Virus record (IMG/VR): IMGVR_UViG_3300033182_000063
Span: 1-53,714 of that record
DNA: 53,714 bases
Source: a virus
Lineage: Duplodnaviria > Caudoviricetes
Reading direction: 5' to 3' (one strand)
Every line of letters begins with the position of its first letter. Position 1 is the stretch's first letter. This document shows positions 26,795 to 35,956 of the stretch, in pieces. The notes under the pieces are model-generated. The model made no database searches and was not told the DNA's origin. It saw nothing but the letters and a program-made list of their open reading frames with translations. Position numbers and translations under genes: made by a program.

Positions 26795-26972
26795 AGTCTT
26801 TCTCCTTTTTAGAATTGAGCCAGTTGTTGATGTCTTCCTCGTCCCAACGGAGAACCTTCTGCGAGACTCTTATAGGTTGGGGGAAGCTCTCTTCACGTCG
26901 ACGTAACGCAGGTAACGCCGCCTTAGTGATTCCTAGTTTTTCTGAAACCTCTTCAGGTTTTAGTAAGTTCAT
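26772..26972 (-). CDS. AlpA/excisionase-like winged-helix protein
   Basis: LLKPEEVSEKLGIT..FPQPIRVSQKVLRW pattern; ATG at 26972. Confidence 0.8.
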   Translation of the reverse strand: MNLLKPEEVSEKLGITKAALPALRRREESFPQPIRVSQKVLRWDEEDINNWLNSKKEKDYGESDGA

Positions 26973-26995
26973 AACAGTCCGTATGCCTCTATATG

Positions 26996-27039
26996 TGTTT
27001 ACATGTAAACAGATTAATGCGTATGACACTATCTGTCAA
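26996..27039 (-). promoter_or_regulatory. Sigma70 promoter with a perfect 16-bp palindrome over the start site
   Basis: TTGACA-N17-TAATCT on - strand; TGTTTACATGTAAACA at 26996-27011. Confidence 0.7.
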
Positions 27040-28607
27040 GCAATGACCTCACCCCTGTGGGCTTTTACTTCGTCGAGTAACGCACCTTGCATCTTCTGCT
27101 TGTTACGCAGTCTGTTGTAGATACGCTTCTCCACTGGAGTACCCTCCAACATAATGATGAAGTTATTCATCTTCTGTCCGGGGCGGTTGATACGACCGTT
27201 GGCTTGCTCGAACACTTCGTTGGATGTGACCGATGAATACCAGACGATCGTACTTGCGGCTGTGAGTGTCAGTCCGTGTGACATTGCCGCAGGTTGGGCT
27301 ACCAAGACTTTAGGGTCTTTGGATTTCTGGAACGCGCCGAAGATACGGTCACGCTCGTCCTTCTTAACTCCACCGTGGATGACTTCAACTGAGAAGTGCT
27401 TACCCAGTTCTTCTGCCACCATGTTGACCGAGGACACGAACGGTACGAACACTATGATCTTGCCTTCAGCCTCGCTGATTATGTCCTTAACCTCTTGTAT
27501 GCGTGGGTTAGACGGGATCGTTACTTCCGATCCGTCGTCAGCGTAGACGACGCCGCATGCGATCTGCACTAGCTTCGCCATCTTCACAGCCTCGTTGACC
27601 GCAGTGATCTCACCGGACTCAGCCTCGGTACGCAGTCTGGCAACCATCTCTTTGTACGCCTTGTCCTGCTCCTTAGTCAGTGCGACCGCACGGGTCTCGT
27701 ACATCAGTGGTGGTAAGTCGACGCACTCGTCTCTGGTGAATCTGACCGACGGCTGCATGACTTCCTTAACTATGTCAGTAGCCTCGGGCTTGGGTATCCA
27801 AGTGAACTGAGACAACTGCTTCATGACTTGTGCCTTAAACCTATTAAAGTAGGGCGGTACTTTCTCTGGTACTACCAGTCGGCACTGTGCCCATGCGTCA
27901 GTCGGAGCGTTAGGCGTTGGCGTGCCAGACATGCCCCAACAGGTACGTGGCTTCTTGTGCTTGTTAACCACGGTGTTAATAGACTTCCACTTATCGGTGC
28001 CGGCGTTGCGAGCACACTGGGCGATCTCGTCGATGATGACGACGTCGATGTCTTCACGGTCTTTGATGTGAGGCTCGATGATCTGCACACCGTCGTGGTT
28101 GATGATGTACACGTCGACATCCTGCTCCAGTAGCTTCAGACGTTTCTGTCTGGTTCCGTGCAGTACGGCGAAGTCGAGGTGAGGGAAGTGGTGGAACAGC
28201 TCGTCAGCCCATGTTCTCTCCAGAGTAGACAGTGGAGAAATGATTAGCGCCTTATTAACTTTCCCGATTGACTTGAGGTAGTCGAACGCCCAGAGGGACG
28301 CCAGTGATTTGCCAGTACCTAGCTCGCTCAGGTTGAACGCTCTGTCGTACATGGATAGGAACGCTGCTGCTTCGCGCTGCGCCTCGAAAGGTTTATATCT
28401 TCCGGGCCAATCGTAATGATGGCGTATCGGGGCAGGGGCGTCGTAGCCTAGGTTTCGTAGTACGCGGGTCTCTTCTAGTTTGTGGGGTACGGCGACGTAG
28501 TGCTTGCCCTTAACCTTAAACTCTTTTGCCGAAGGGATGACATTCATCACCTTCTCTGGTTCTCTGGGCTTGAGTATCAGCGCCTTCTTCTTTCCCCACA
28601 CTAGCAT
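27036..28607 (-). CDS. SNF2-like SF2 helicase
   Basis: LGTGKS, IIDE, SGTP, HGLTLT, QANGRINRPGQ. Confidence 0.92.
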   Translation of the reverse strand: MLVWGKKKALILKPREPEKVMNVIPSAKEFKVKGKHYVAVPHKLEETRVLRNLGYDAPAPIRHHYDWPGRYKPFEAQREAAAFLSMYDRAFNLSELGTGKSLASLWAFDYLKSIGKVNKALIISPLSTLERTWADELFHHFPHLDFAVLHGTRQKRLKLLEQDVDVYIINHDGVQIIEPHIKDREDIDVVIIDEIAQCARNAGTDKWKSINTVVNKHKKPRTCWGMSGTPTPNAPTDAWAQCRLVVPEKVPPYFNRFKAQVMKQLSQFTWIPKPEATDIVKEVMQPSVRFTRDECVDLPPLMYETRAVALTKEQDKAYKEMVARLRTEAESGEITAVNEAVKMAKLVQIACGVVYADDGSEVTIPSNPRIQEVKDIISEAEGKIIVFVPFVSSVNMVAEELGKHFSVEVIHGGVKKDERDRIFGAFQKSKDPKVLVAQPAAMSHGLTLTAASTIVWYSSVTSNEVFEQANGRINRPGQKMNNFIIMLEGTPVEKRIYNRLRNKQKMQGALLDEVKAHRGEVIA

Positions 28608-28806
28608 TTAGTTCTTCCTCGATTAGTTTTTCCAAGTAGTGCTGAGCTTTCTTCAAGTCCTCAACACCGTTCTTTTTCTTGTGGCGGCTTACATACTTAA
28701 CGATGTTGCCCTCACACCAACCGAGATTGTTAGAGATTATGAAATCCCAAGGCTGAATCTTGGTCTGGTAATGACTACCGCCGGTCTGCCTATCGTTCGC
28801 TGACAT
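28516..28806 (-). CDS. DUF3310 / T7 gp1.7-like nucleotide kinase
   Basis: GGSHY..EGNIVKYVSR..KNGVEDLKKAQHYL; ATG 28806. Confidence 0.8.
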   Translation of the reverse strand: MSANDRQTGGSHYQTKIQPWDFIISNNLGWCEGNIVKYVSRHKKKNGVEDLKKAQHYLEKLIEEELNASVGKEEGADTQAQRTREGDECHPFGKRV

Positions 28807-28808
28807 TG

Positions 28809-29081
28809 TTACCCCTTTCGTTTTGTGTACATCTCTGGGTTTTTCTTTCTCCAACCGCGATTTGTTTTTCTGCTAACAACTTTCGTATTAGAGTCAGATG
28901 TACTGCCGCCCTTATCGAGGGGCTTCTTGTGGTGGACATCTTTACCGTCTCCCTTTTTCGCCTTACCGGCAGCGATCGCATGGCGACGCGCCTTGTTCTG
29001 AGCGACGCGCTTCTTCTGCACGTCGGGGCGTTTGTTGTACTCAGCCTTTGTTTTTAATTCCTGCTTGCTCGACTTTGGCAT
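28809..29081 (-). CDS. Small basic HNH-like protein
   Basis: DVHHKKPLDKGGS..SN..VVSRKTNR; ATG 29081 after GGAGG. Confidence 0.7.
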   Translation of the reverse strand: MPKSSKQELKTKAEYNKRPDVQKKRVAQNKARRHAIAAGKAKKGDGKDVHHKKPLDKGGSTSDSNTKVVSRKTNRGWRKKNPEMYTKRKG

Positions 29082-29361
29082 TGATTGCCTCCTTAACTTG
29101 TTCAACGTCGTCGACTACAAGTGCTAACCCGTTAACACGTTGTATCCAGTCAATTTCACGATCCTGATTAGGCGTCGTGTTCTTTATCTTACCCGGTGCC
29201 TTAACCTCGAACGCCATAAAAAGACCTTGGTAGCACACCAGAATGTCGGGGCAACCGACTCGCCCCATACCATTAGATACAGGCATGTAATACCACGCAT
29301 CTATAGTCTTGAGGTAGTCCTTAATCTTTGTTTTGACTCGACCTTCTGGTGTACTTGCCAT
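29041..29361 (-). CDS. VRR-NUC nuclease
   Basis: TPE..GCPD..FEVK..Q motif. Confidence 0.88.
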   Translation of the reverse strand: MASTPEGRVKTKIKDYLKTIDAWYYMPVSNGMGRVGCPDILVCYQGLFMAFEVKAPGKIKNTTPNQDREIDWIQRVNGLALVVDDVEQVKEAINAKVEQAGIKNKG

Positions 29362-29529
29362 TTAATCCTCCAACAATGGCTTAGCCCAAGCAGGAAGCTC
29401 TGGCTCTTCGATGCGATCTAACGTCGCTTCTAATCGTAGGGTCAGCTCTAGCTCCAATGGAGATAAAGCGTCACGCGTTACAGCGTGTCTAACAAGTTCT
29501 TCATCTGTTAGATTTCTAATGTCTAACAT
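29362..29529 (-). CDS. 55-aa hypothetical protein (not in ORF track)
   Basis: AAGGAG RBS; MLDIRNLTDEELVRHAVTRDALSPLELELTLRLEATLDRIEEPELPAWAKPLLED; fills the gap exactly. Confidence 0.7.
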   Translation of the reverse strand: MLDIRNLTDEELVRHAVTRDALSPLELELTLRLEATLDRIEEPELPAWAKPLLED

Positions 29530-29540
29530 GTGTGCTCCTT

Positions 29541-30206
29541 CTAAACTCCGCAGAACTCACACAAGTTTTTACCCACTGGGCACCAATTCCTGCATAGTCC
29601 TGACGGCTTGGCTATCCACTTGTCCTTCTCGTAGGCGGCTCCAAGTTTGTTCAAACGCGGCAGAAACTCGTTCCATATTTCTGGTAGTTGTTCACGCGTG
29701 AACACATCCTTGTCAAACTTAGAAACCTTTAGCCAGATAAAACCCGTCACCACTTTATCTACCCACGGGTAGTGAGCAAACGCCATCGCCGCGAACAGCT
29801 TGAGCTGATCTAGGTCTGGTTTCTGCTTACCCGTCTTCCAGTCGAGAAGATATGCGGTATCCGAGCCAACTACACCGATGTCGATAATCCCTCGACACCA
29901 GACGTCTTTAGCCATCCACTTGGTAGGTCGGAAGTTTTTGTTGATAGCCATTCTTTCCTCGATGATGCGTTTGCCTTCGTACGAGAAAATCTTATCCACA
30001 TACCTTTTATATTGCTCTAGGTCTTTAGGTAGTGGCTTGGCACCTTTGGCGTAATCCTCCAGTGCCTTATGTACTTTGTTACCCCAGATGGTAGCCTCGG
30101 TTTGCTTCTCAACAACTTCCTTAGTCACTCTGGTTATCTGATACCTGCGAGGGCAGGTCTCAAATGCGGTAAGTGCTGAATAGCTCCAAGGTTTATTTAA
30201 TTCCAT
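29541..30206 (-). CDS. PD-(D/E)XK exonuclease, Cas4/RecB-like
   Basis: SYS..CP, G..VH, GIID, DWKTG, Q..F, C-terminal Cys cluster. Confidence 0.88.
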   Translation of the reverse strand: MELNKPWSYSALTAFETCPRRYQITRVTKEVVEKQTEATIWGNKVHKALEDYAKGAKPLPKDLEQYKRYVDKIFSYEGKRIIEERMAINKNFRPTKWMAKDVWCRGIIDIGVVGSDTAYLLDWKTGKQKPDLDQLKLFAAMAFAHYPWVDKVVTGFIWLKVSKFDKDVFTREQLPEIWNEFLPRLNKLGAAYEKDKWIAKPSGLCRNWCPVGKNLCEFCGV

Positions 30207-30736
30207 CGGGGAAGTCTCTCTCCATTAAAAATTTCAGTTTCGATCTCGTCCCAGAATATCGCTAGTAGCTCCGCTCGCTCTTCCATATCGAGTCGTTCGC
30301 CTCTACTGGCGTTATCCATATACTCCAATCGTCGTTGCGCCCACTGGTGTTCTAGGTCTGCAATCCACTTTTGGCGTGTGTGGTAGTCGATCTCACCATA
30401 CAGTTCAGTAGCTTTGGCAACCGCTCGCGCACTGCGCTCACGACGTTGCTGCTGAGTCCATCGTCCGTTGATACGTCTGAATACCGTCTGAATCTCAGCA
30501 TAAGCAGCCGACTGTCTGGGAAGTGAATCTCTGATGCCACTGACGTAGCTCAAAAATCCTTCCAAGTTAGTCGCGTAAGACTCGATTATTGGTTTCAGGA
30601 ACGCATGTGCCCTTGGCAGCATGAACGTACTCTGGTCATCGTTGTACGACTGAATGTATTTATCTGCGAGACCCAACCACTTAGCGATCTTATCGGGGTT
30701 ATCCAACAAGACCGAGGTCGTGTCTTTTAGGCTCAT
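30197..30736 (-). CDS. Hypothetical helical protein with its own upstream regulatory region
   Basis: AAGGAG RBS; 165-bp intergenic region containing an octamer box. Confidence 0.75.
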   Translation of the reverse strand: MSLKDTTSVLLDNPDKIAKWLGLADKYIQSYNDDQSTFMLPRAHAFLKPIIESYATNLEGFLSYVSGIRDSLPRQSAAYAEIQTVFRRINGRWTQQQRRERSARAVAKATELYGEIDYHTRQKWIADLEHQWAQRRLEYMDNASRGERLDMEERAELLAIFWDEIETEIFNGERLPRWN

Positions 30737-30759
30737 AGTGTGCGGCTAGTCTCCTTATG

Positions 30760-30775
30760 TGTTTACATGTAAGTA
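30760..30775. promoter_or_regulatory. Tandem octamer box
   Basis: TGTTTACA TGTAAGTA next to the RBS of 30197-30736. Confidence 0.55.
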
Positions 30776-30902
30776 GACTAGCACGCACTTATATGAATGT
30801 CACTATGCACATGTGACTTTATTTGCGACCTGAAAAATGACACACAAACGACATTTGTAACACCTGTTGAAACTAAGGTTTAAAACCTGAATTTTCATAA
30901 GG

Positions 30903-32822
30903 TTACTTAGCGTCGCCATACGTATCAGCGATGTCACCTTCCGACCACGTTACTAGCTCAGGCCACCAGTCGGGCGGTGTACGCATGGCTGCTTGTACTA
31001 TATCTAGCATGGACTCAGCGTCGTCTTCTGGAACGATGTACACCAACTCGTCGTGAACCATCAGCGCAGGGTTCAAGCCAGTAAGTTTTTGTACAGTTAA
31101 TGCGTTGTCGGCGATGACACACCGGGCGAGATGCTGAACGATGTTCTCGTCGATCTTCCCTGCGTAGATGCGAGCCATGTTACGACCGTGACCGTAGATG
31201 AACTCCGACCGACCTGTCTCCTCGTTACGCTCAGTACGTAGCGACGGGTACCGAATGATTCCCTTCGGGGTACGTAATCCTTCACTGCAAGTGGTGACCA
31301 TGCCCCACGGGTCTATCTCATAACCCTCTACTCCACGGATTATTTTTGGCAGGGCTGCATGGCATGTGCGCCATCCGGTGGCGATCTCGTTGTAGGCGTA
31401 GCGCCACTTGTTAACGATGTCCTCAGACTCTTCTTCTGAGATGTCCACACCGCCCATTAGTTTGGCTACTGTCTGGAAAGTCTTGTATCCGGCACCGAAA
31501 CCCAGTCCCAAGTGAGCGACCTTACCAACTTGGCGTTGCTCCTTAGTCACCTCAGTTATCGGGATATCGTACAGCTTAGAGGCGAAGTCCTTATACAAGT
31601 CTGCCTTCTCAGGGTCAGCACTGAACAGGGCGGTACTCTCTGGCTCTTTCCACAAGAAGTGGTTAACTCGTAGCTCAATACCTGACAAGTCGGCGACGAC
31701 GACCTTGTACCCGGGCGGGGCGATCAACGACTTCCGCAGTGCGTCCGACGGGCGGGGTTTGTACGGGTTGATACGGGGTAGGTTCTGAGGGTTGTAACCC
31801 CAACCAGACCAACGACCAGTGGTGTCGGCTCCGTAGTATTTCAGCGGGATAGGTACACGCTTCTGGGGGTGAGCGTTCGCAGCATCGAGGAACGCATTGA
31901 TACGGGTTTGCAGCAGTGTGCTCTTGGCATCGAGGCGTGCATTAGCAGCGATAGCTACCACAGGGTTATCGTGTTCCTGCAAAGCAATAAATGCTTCATC
32001 CGTTTTTGCGAGTGCGGGAATCTCTTTGCCAGTAGTAGGCGACACCTTAGTAGGCACGTCCACATCTACGCTCCGCAGGAACTTAGCAAACTTAGGCGCA
32101 CTGGATAAAAGTTTCAACACCGCTTCGACGTTTTCTTCGTCCGTCAGCAGTGCGTCATACGTCTCCATCGTGTGCGACGCCGCCAGTAGTGCGGCTTTCT
32201 TACGCTCACCGTCTTCCACTAAGGTCTTATACAGTAGAGATGAATCGCACTCGAACTGTGGCTCAACCAACATTCGGATAGTCATGTCGATCAAGCGCAT
32301 CTCTTCCTTGGGTGTCTGCTTGTACAGTATCTTGAACAGCGCGTAGCACTGCTCTACATCAGCCTCGTTGTACTCGCTCATGGCAGCGATCTCTTCACGA
32401 CTAAAGTCTTTGAGGTGTCTGCCTTTGGTGTTCATCAACGCCGACTGGTCTTTCTCACCTATATTATAGTGAGCGACTAACTTAGCCAGTGAACCACCGG
32501 CATCCTTAGCGTGGATAGGGCGAGACATAGCTAGGGTGCAGCCCCACATCAGGGGTTTGATACCCATACGCCACGACAAGATCATGGCATCGAAGCCCGA
32601 CAAGTTATGCCCGACAACCAGAACGTCCGACCAATCTACGCTTGCGGCGTACGCCTTAACTACGTCTTCGCCGAACATAACGTCGGTTGGTTCGTTATCG
32701 AACTTGAAACCACACGATATGATTTCTGTTTCAGGGTGCATGCAGTATGCAATGGGCGACATCTTAGACAGGCTATGAGTCGTCGACCAAAAGGTCTCTA
32801 GGTCAATGGTACATATTCTCAT
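30903..32822 (-). CDS. DNA polymerase family A with 3'-5' exonuclease
   Basis: DLET, HN..FD, Y...D exonuclease motifs; TTGRWS, QNLP, DLSGIELR (A), RQVGKVAHLGLGFG (B), VHDE (C). Confidence 0.95.
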   Translation of the reverse strand: MRICTIDLETFWSTTHSLSKMSPIAYCMHPETEIISCGFKFDNEPTDVMFGEDVVKAYAASVDWSDVLVVGHNLSGFDAMILSWRMGIKPLMWGCTLAMSRPIHAKDAGGSLAKLVAHYNIGEKDQSALMNTKGRHLKDFSREEIAAMSEYNEADVEQCYALFKILYKQTPKEEMRLIDMTIRMLVEPQFECDSSLLYKTLVEDGERKKAALLAASHTMETYDALLTDEENVEAVLKLLSSAPKFAKFLRSVDVDVPTKVSPTTGKEIPALAKTDEAFIALQEHDNPVVAIAANARLDAKSTLLQTRINAFLDAANAHPQKRVPIPLKYYGADTTGRWSGWGYNPQNLPRINPYKPRPSDALRKSLIAPPGYKVVVADLSGIELRVNHFLWKEPESTALFSADPEKADLYKDFASKLYDIPITEVTKEQRQVGKVAHLGLGFGAGYKTFQTVAKLMGGVDISEEESEDIVNKWRYAYNEIATGWRTCHAALPKIIRGVEGYEIDPWGMVTTCSEGLRTPKGIIRYPSLRTERNEETGRSEFIYGHGRNMARIYAGKIDENIVQHLARCVIADNALTVQKLTGLNPALMVHDELVYIVPEDDAESMLDIVQAAMRTPPDWWPELVTWSEGDIADTYGDAK

Positions 32823-32831
32823 AACGAGTTC

Positions 32832-33614
32832 CTAGTTAGGTTGGATGTTGATTGTTAGCCCATCTACCATAATGTCTTTCACGCCTCGGACGTGCTTTTT
32901 CACGGTAGTTGTTTTGCCAGTTGGTGTTTGACGTAGGTGCTTAGCAACCCAGTGGACGATGGCTTTTTTCTTACCGTTCGCCAGCGGAGCATCGCGGTTA
33001 GAAAAAACTTCCTTGTAGTCATCTAGGGGAACGGGAAACTTAATCTCTTTACCGTCTTTAACTGTCGCAAGCATGGCGTTAGAACGGTGCGCGTCTTCGA
33101 TAATTCCGCAAGCTCTACACAATATATTGTGAGTATGTTCTAATCCTTTTGAATCAGAAAGCGTACTCCCATGGAGTACTGCCATAGTGGTAGGTATAAT
33201 CTTCCCTAGCTTATCTAACACCATAATACTTCTGACTTCTTTTCGTTTACCTGCTGTATACACGTGACGATAATTAAACTCGTAAAAATGCGAAGCTTTT
33301 CCAAAATACGTTAACCCTTTTGGTTTTTTAGGTAACTGTCGAAAACCCATCCATGCTGCGTATCTAGTATTGTCTATCCATAATACTTCTGATTCAGCGC
33401 CTAATGTTTCTGAAGGATGATATAAAAGGTCGCTTAAGGAATCTGCATCGACTCTATTTTCATCGCATATATCAGAAGCGTACATACTGTTAGGTTGAAT
33501 GCCTTCTGTTAGGCTTTGTGTATGCGGTGGACACAATAAGCTTTCAACGTTATCCGTTTCTAACGCCATTAAGATTAGTGTTTCGATGTCGTCAATTTTG
33601 TCTTCGTTACTCAT
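32832..33614 (-). CDS. Hypothetical protein, AT-rich
   Basis: 260-aa ORF; ATGA overlap; C-terminal HWVAKHLR..KKHVRG. Confidence 0.75.
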   Translation of the reverse strand: MSNEDKIDDIETLILMALETDNVESLLCPPHTQSLTEGIQPNSMYASDICDENRVDADSLSDLLYHPSETLGAESEVLWIDNTRYAAWMGFRQLPKKPKGLTYFGKASHFYEFNYRHVYTAGKRKEVRSIMVLDKLGKIIPTTMAVLHGSTLSDSKGLEHTHNILCRACGIIEDAHRSNAMLATVKDGKEIKFPVPLDDYKEVFSNRDAPLANGKKKAIVHWVAKHLRQTPTGKTTTVKKHVRGVKDIMVDGLTINIQPN

Positions 33615-33817
33615 GTTTCCTCCTTACAGTTACCGTCGGGCACGTCTGCATACGCATACCCTTCGATGACTGAGTGGATTACTGTGGCGCTGACACCGAA
33701 CCGTTCGGCGATGTTCCTAATGGAGTAGAACTCAGCTTCTTTCAGGGCACGGTGGCGTGCCTCATTCAAACAACGTATCTGCTGAACTTGTTCGTCAGTT
33801 AATTTACGCTTAGACAT
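33611..33817 (-). CDS. Small HTH protein
   Basis: KLTDEQVQQIR..SIRNIAERFGVSATVIHSV. Confidence 0.75.
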   Translation of the reverse strand: MSKRKLTDEQVQQIRCLNEARHRALKEAEFYSIRNIAERFGVSATVIHSVIEGYAYADVPDGNCKEET

Positions 33818-34038
33818 TAGTCCTCCAGATAGTCGCGCATGTGTTGAACGTCAGGGTGATCGCGCATTTTCCTCAGAGCCTTCGCCTCGATCTGGCGGAT
33901 ACGCTCACGCGTCACACCGAACGCTTGTCCGATCTGCTCAAGAGTTAGTCCTTCTGGCGCACCATCCAGACCGAAACGCAGTTTGATAACTTGCTTCTCT
34001 TTGGCAGTAAGCAGTTGGTTGATTGGAGTCCTGTGCAT
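33817..34038 (-). CDS. Stand-alone sigma70 region-4 domain protein
   Basis: [43 protein letters not shown]; GGAG RBS; coupled on both sides. Confidence 0.9.
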   Translation of the reverse strand: MHRTPINQLLTAKEKQVIKLRFGLDGAPEGLTLEQIGQAFGVTRERIRQIEAKALRKMRDHPDVQHMRDYLED

Positions 34039-34562
34039 TACTCATCTCCACAGGCGAAGTCATCTTCGTTAGTAGCCCACAGCGAGTAGCTAGCTTTAGT
34101 CTGCTCTTGGTGAACATACACGTCAGCTCGCATGATGAACCCTTCACGGTGAAGACGATCTAACTGGGCACGGCAGTTGTTTCTGCTAGGCGGGTAGTCG
34201 AACTCTCGAACAATATCTCCAGTGCTAGATACGCCATGAGCTTGGATGTACTCAACAACCTGTTCATCAGTTGGTGGTTCCCATACTGGAGCGGGTTGTT
34301 GGACTGGGTCTTCGTTGGCAGCGGTTGCCTCGACTGAGTAAGCACGCCACTTGATGCCGCTCTCACGTTTGCTCTGGAAGTTAGGTACGACTTTCACGAA
34401 CAGCTTGGTGCCGATATTGACACGCATATCACGGCTAATATCCGGGTTGATGTAAACCTGCTCGCCACTATCAGTGATAGCGAACACGTCGTTGTTACGG
34501 GACACACCAGTGACGATCACGTCGAATTGGTCTGCGTAGTTATCATGATTTAATACGTTCAT
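34038..34562 (-). CDS. Hypothetical protein (possible OB-like domain plus winged HTH)
   Basis: ATG 34562 with AGGA; two domains joined by a Pro-rich linker. Confidence 0.65.
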   Translation of the reverse strand: MNVLNHDNYADQFDVIVTGVSRNNDVFAITDSGEQVYINPDISRDMRVNIGTKLFVKVVPNFQSKRESGIKWRAYSVEATAANEDPVQQPAPVWEPPTDEQVVEYIQAHGVSSTGDIVREFDYPPSRNNCRAQLDRLHREGFIMRADVYVHQEQTKASYSLWATNEDDFACGDE

Positions 34563-34713
34563 TTGTATTCCTGTGGTTAAGTTGAGGGATCCCGACGTCT
34601 GTGCCATTGCTCGCTCATGCGGTGATGTACTGGTAGTGCTTAATCTCGATGACACATCCACACTGGACGCGTCGGGTCGCCCACTCAAAGGAGCGCACTA
34701 CCCACCTCATAAA

Positions 34714-35394
34714 TTAGTTACCGGCGGTTGCGATACGATGGGCGATAGCCGCAGCTGCGAACACGTCACGGTCGATACCGATCTCGTCGACGCTTGAGGT
34801 TTCTGACTCAGCTTTCTTACGACGCTCAGTTTTCTCGTGGAGTTTGACCAAGTAAGAATCCGGTACATACATCTCTAGCTCTGGCATCTCTTTGACAGCA
34901 GCGTTGAGTGACGCCTGACCTTGCATGAACTGCTTGATCTGGCACTCGATGACGTTGTACTGCTTCTGGATTTCTTCGCGCTTGGTCTTGCGCTCTTCTT
35001 CGCCAATGAGCCACGCTTTGAGGGTTTCGTCGCAGTGCTCGTCTTTGACCGTAGACTCGAAGCGGTAGTACCCACGGTTGACGCCAGAAGGTATGCGAAT
35101 CTTTTTATGATCGCCGCACTCGATATAGGTGCTGTACTTAGTGCTGTCGTTCTCGTCGACAAACTTTACGTGGACGCTATCAACCGTATCTGTCCACTTG
35201 TCTGGCATCTTATCTTTAAGCTCCGGCGCATCGCTCCAAGCAGAGTTAGATACAGCAGCACGGATAGAATCGAACACTGGGCTAGATTCATCGAGGTTAC
35301 TGGAGTCGTAGGGTTTGATAGCTTGACTGGACATAGCGCGAACTTTCGCTGTCATCTCATCAACTAGGGTTTGGGTTTTGCGTACATAAGCCAT
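34714..35394 (-). CDS. Hypothetical protein, weakly Nmad5-like
   Basis: GAGGA RBS; C-terminal SLNAAVKEMPELEMYVP pattern; family call tentative. Confidence 0.6.
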   Translation of the reverse strand: MAYVRKTQTLVDEMTAKVRAMSSQAIKPYDSSNLDESSPVFDSIRAAVSNSAWSDAPELKDKMPDKWTDTVDSVHVKFVDENDSTKYSTYIECGDHKKIRIPSGVNRGYYRFESTVKDEHCDETLKAWLIGEEERKTKREEIQKQYNVIECQIKQFMQGQASLNAAVKEMPELEMYVPDSYLVKLHEKTERRKKAESETSSVDEIGIDRDVFAAAAIAHRIATAGN

Positions 35395-35407
35395 TGTTTG
35401 GTTCCTC

Positions 35408-35956
35408 TTAGTCTCTATATGCGTCTACATGAATGATTAATTTTTCACCGTTCTCGATCTTGCGAGCCAGTGATTCGCGTGAGTCTTTCTCAGACTCGTC
35501 GTCCTTGATGTACTTCTTGATAAACTCAGTCTGTTCTTTGGGTGAGATGTCTGGTGCAGGGATGTGCTGAGGGGTTATGCCGTTGCCTACTGCTTCTAAG
35601 AAAGAGCTATACCAGTACGGGACATACTGATCCTTGTTGGCGATGCCTAACTTCATCCAAGCGCAGGTGTAAGCCAGTAACTCTTCAACCTTATCCTCGC
35701 GCACCTTGTCGAGAGGTATATTTCTGCCGTACTTAGACATGGTGTGGACGTTGGCACCATACGCTCTGGTCAACTTGTCGATGAAGATAGAGGTGTCGTA
35801 CCCGCAGCTAGTGACGCCGTCACGAAGGGCACGCAGCACGATGTTGCGGCGACGGGTAGTCCACTTGGTTGGGTCTAGGTGCAGGGTTGCACCGGCAAAT
35901 GATGGGTCTCGGCTAAGCTCGCCGATGACTCCGACTGAGTAGTCCATAGCTGTCAT
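35408..35956 (-). CDS. Hypothetical protein
   Basis: ATG 35956 after AAGGAG, overlapping the upstream TGA. Confidence 0.7.
   Translation of the reverse strand: MTAMDYSVGVIGELSRDPSFAGATLHLDPTKWTTRRRNIVLRALRDGVTSCGYDTSIFIDKLTRAYGANVHTMSKYGRNIPLDKVREDKVEELLAYTCAWMKLGIANKDQYVPYWYSSFLEAVGNGITPQHIPAPDISPKEQTEFIKKYIKDDESEKDSRESLARKIENGEKLIIHVDAYRD

Noticed and set aside
29130-29145. Additional octamer pair CGTTAACA CGTTGTAT
   Set aside because: Inside the VRR-NUC coding sequence with a poor second unit; single GTTAAC sites are common in coding DNA here (Val-Asn codons)
29541-30206. Cas4 as a sign of a CRISPR system
   Set aside because: No array or other cas genes; Cas4-like exonucleases are routine in phage replication modules
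34615-34710. 31-aa - strand micro-ORF MRWVVRSFEWATRRVQCGCVIEIKHYQYITA
   Set aside because: No clear RBS and it does not fill the gap; cannot be supported without homologues
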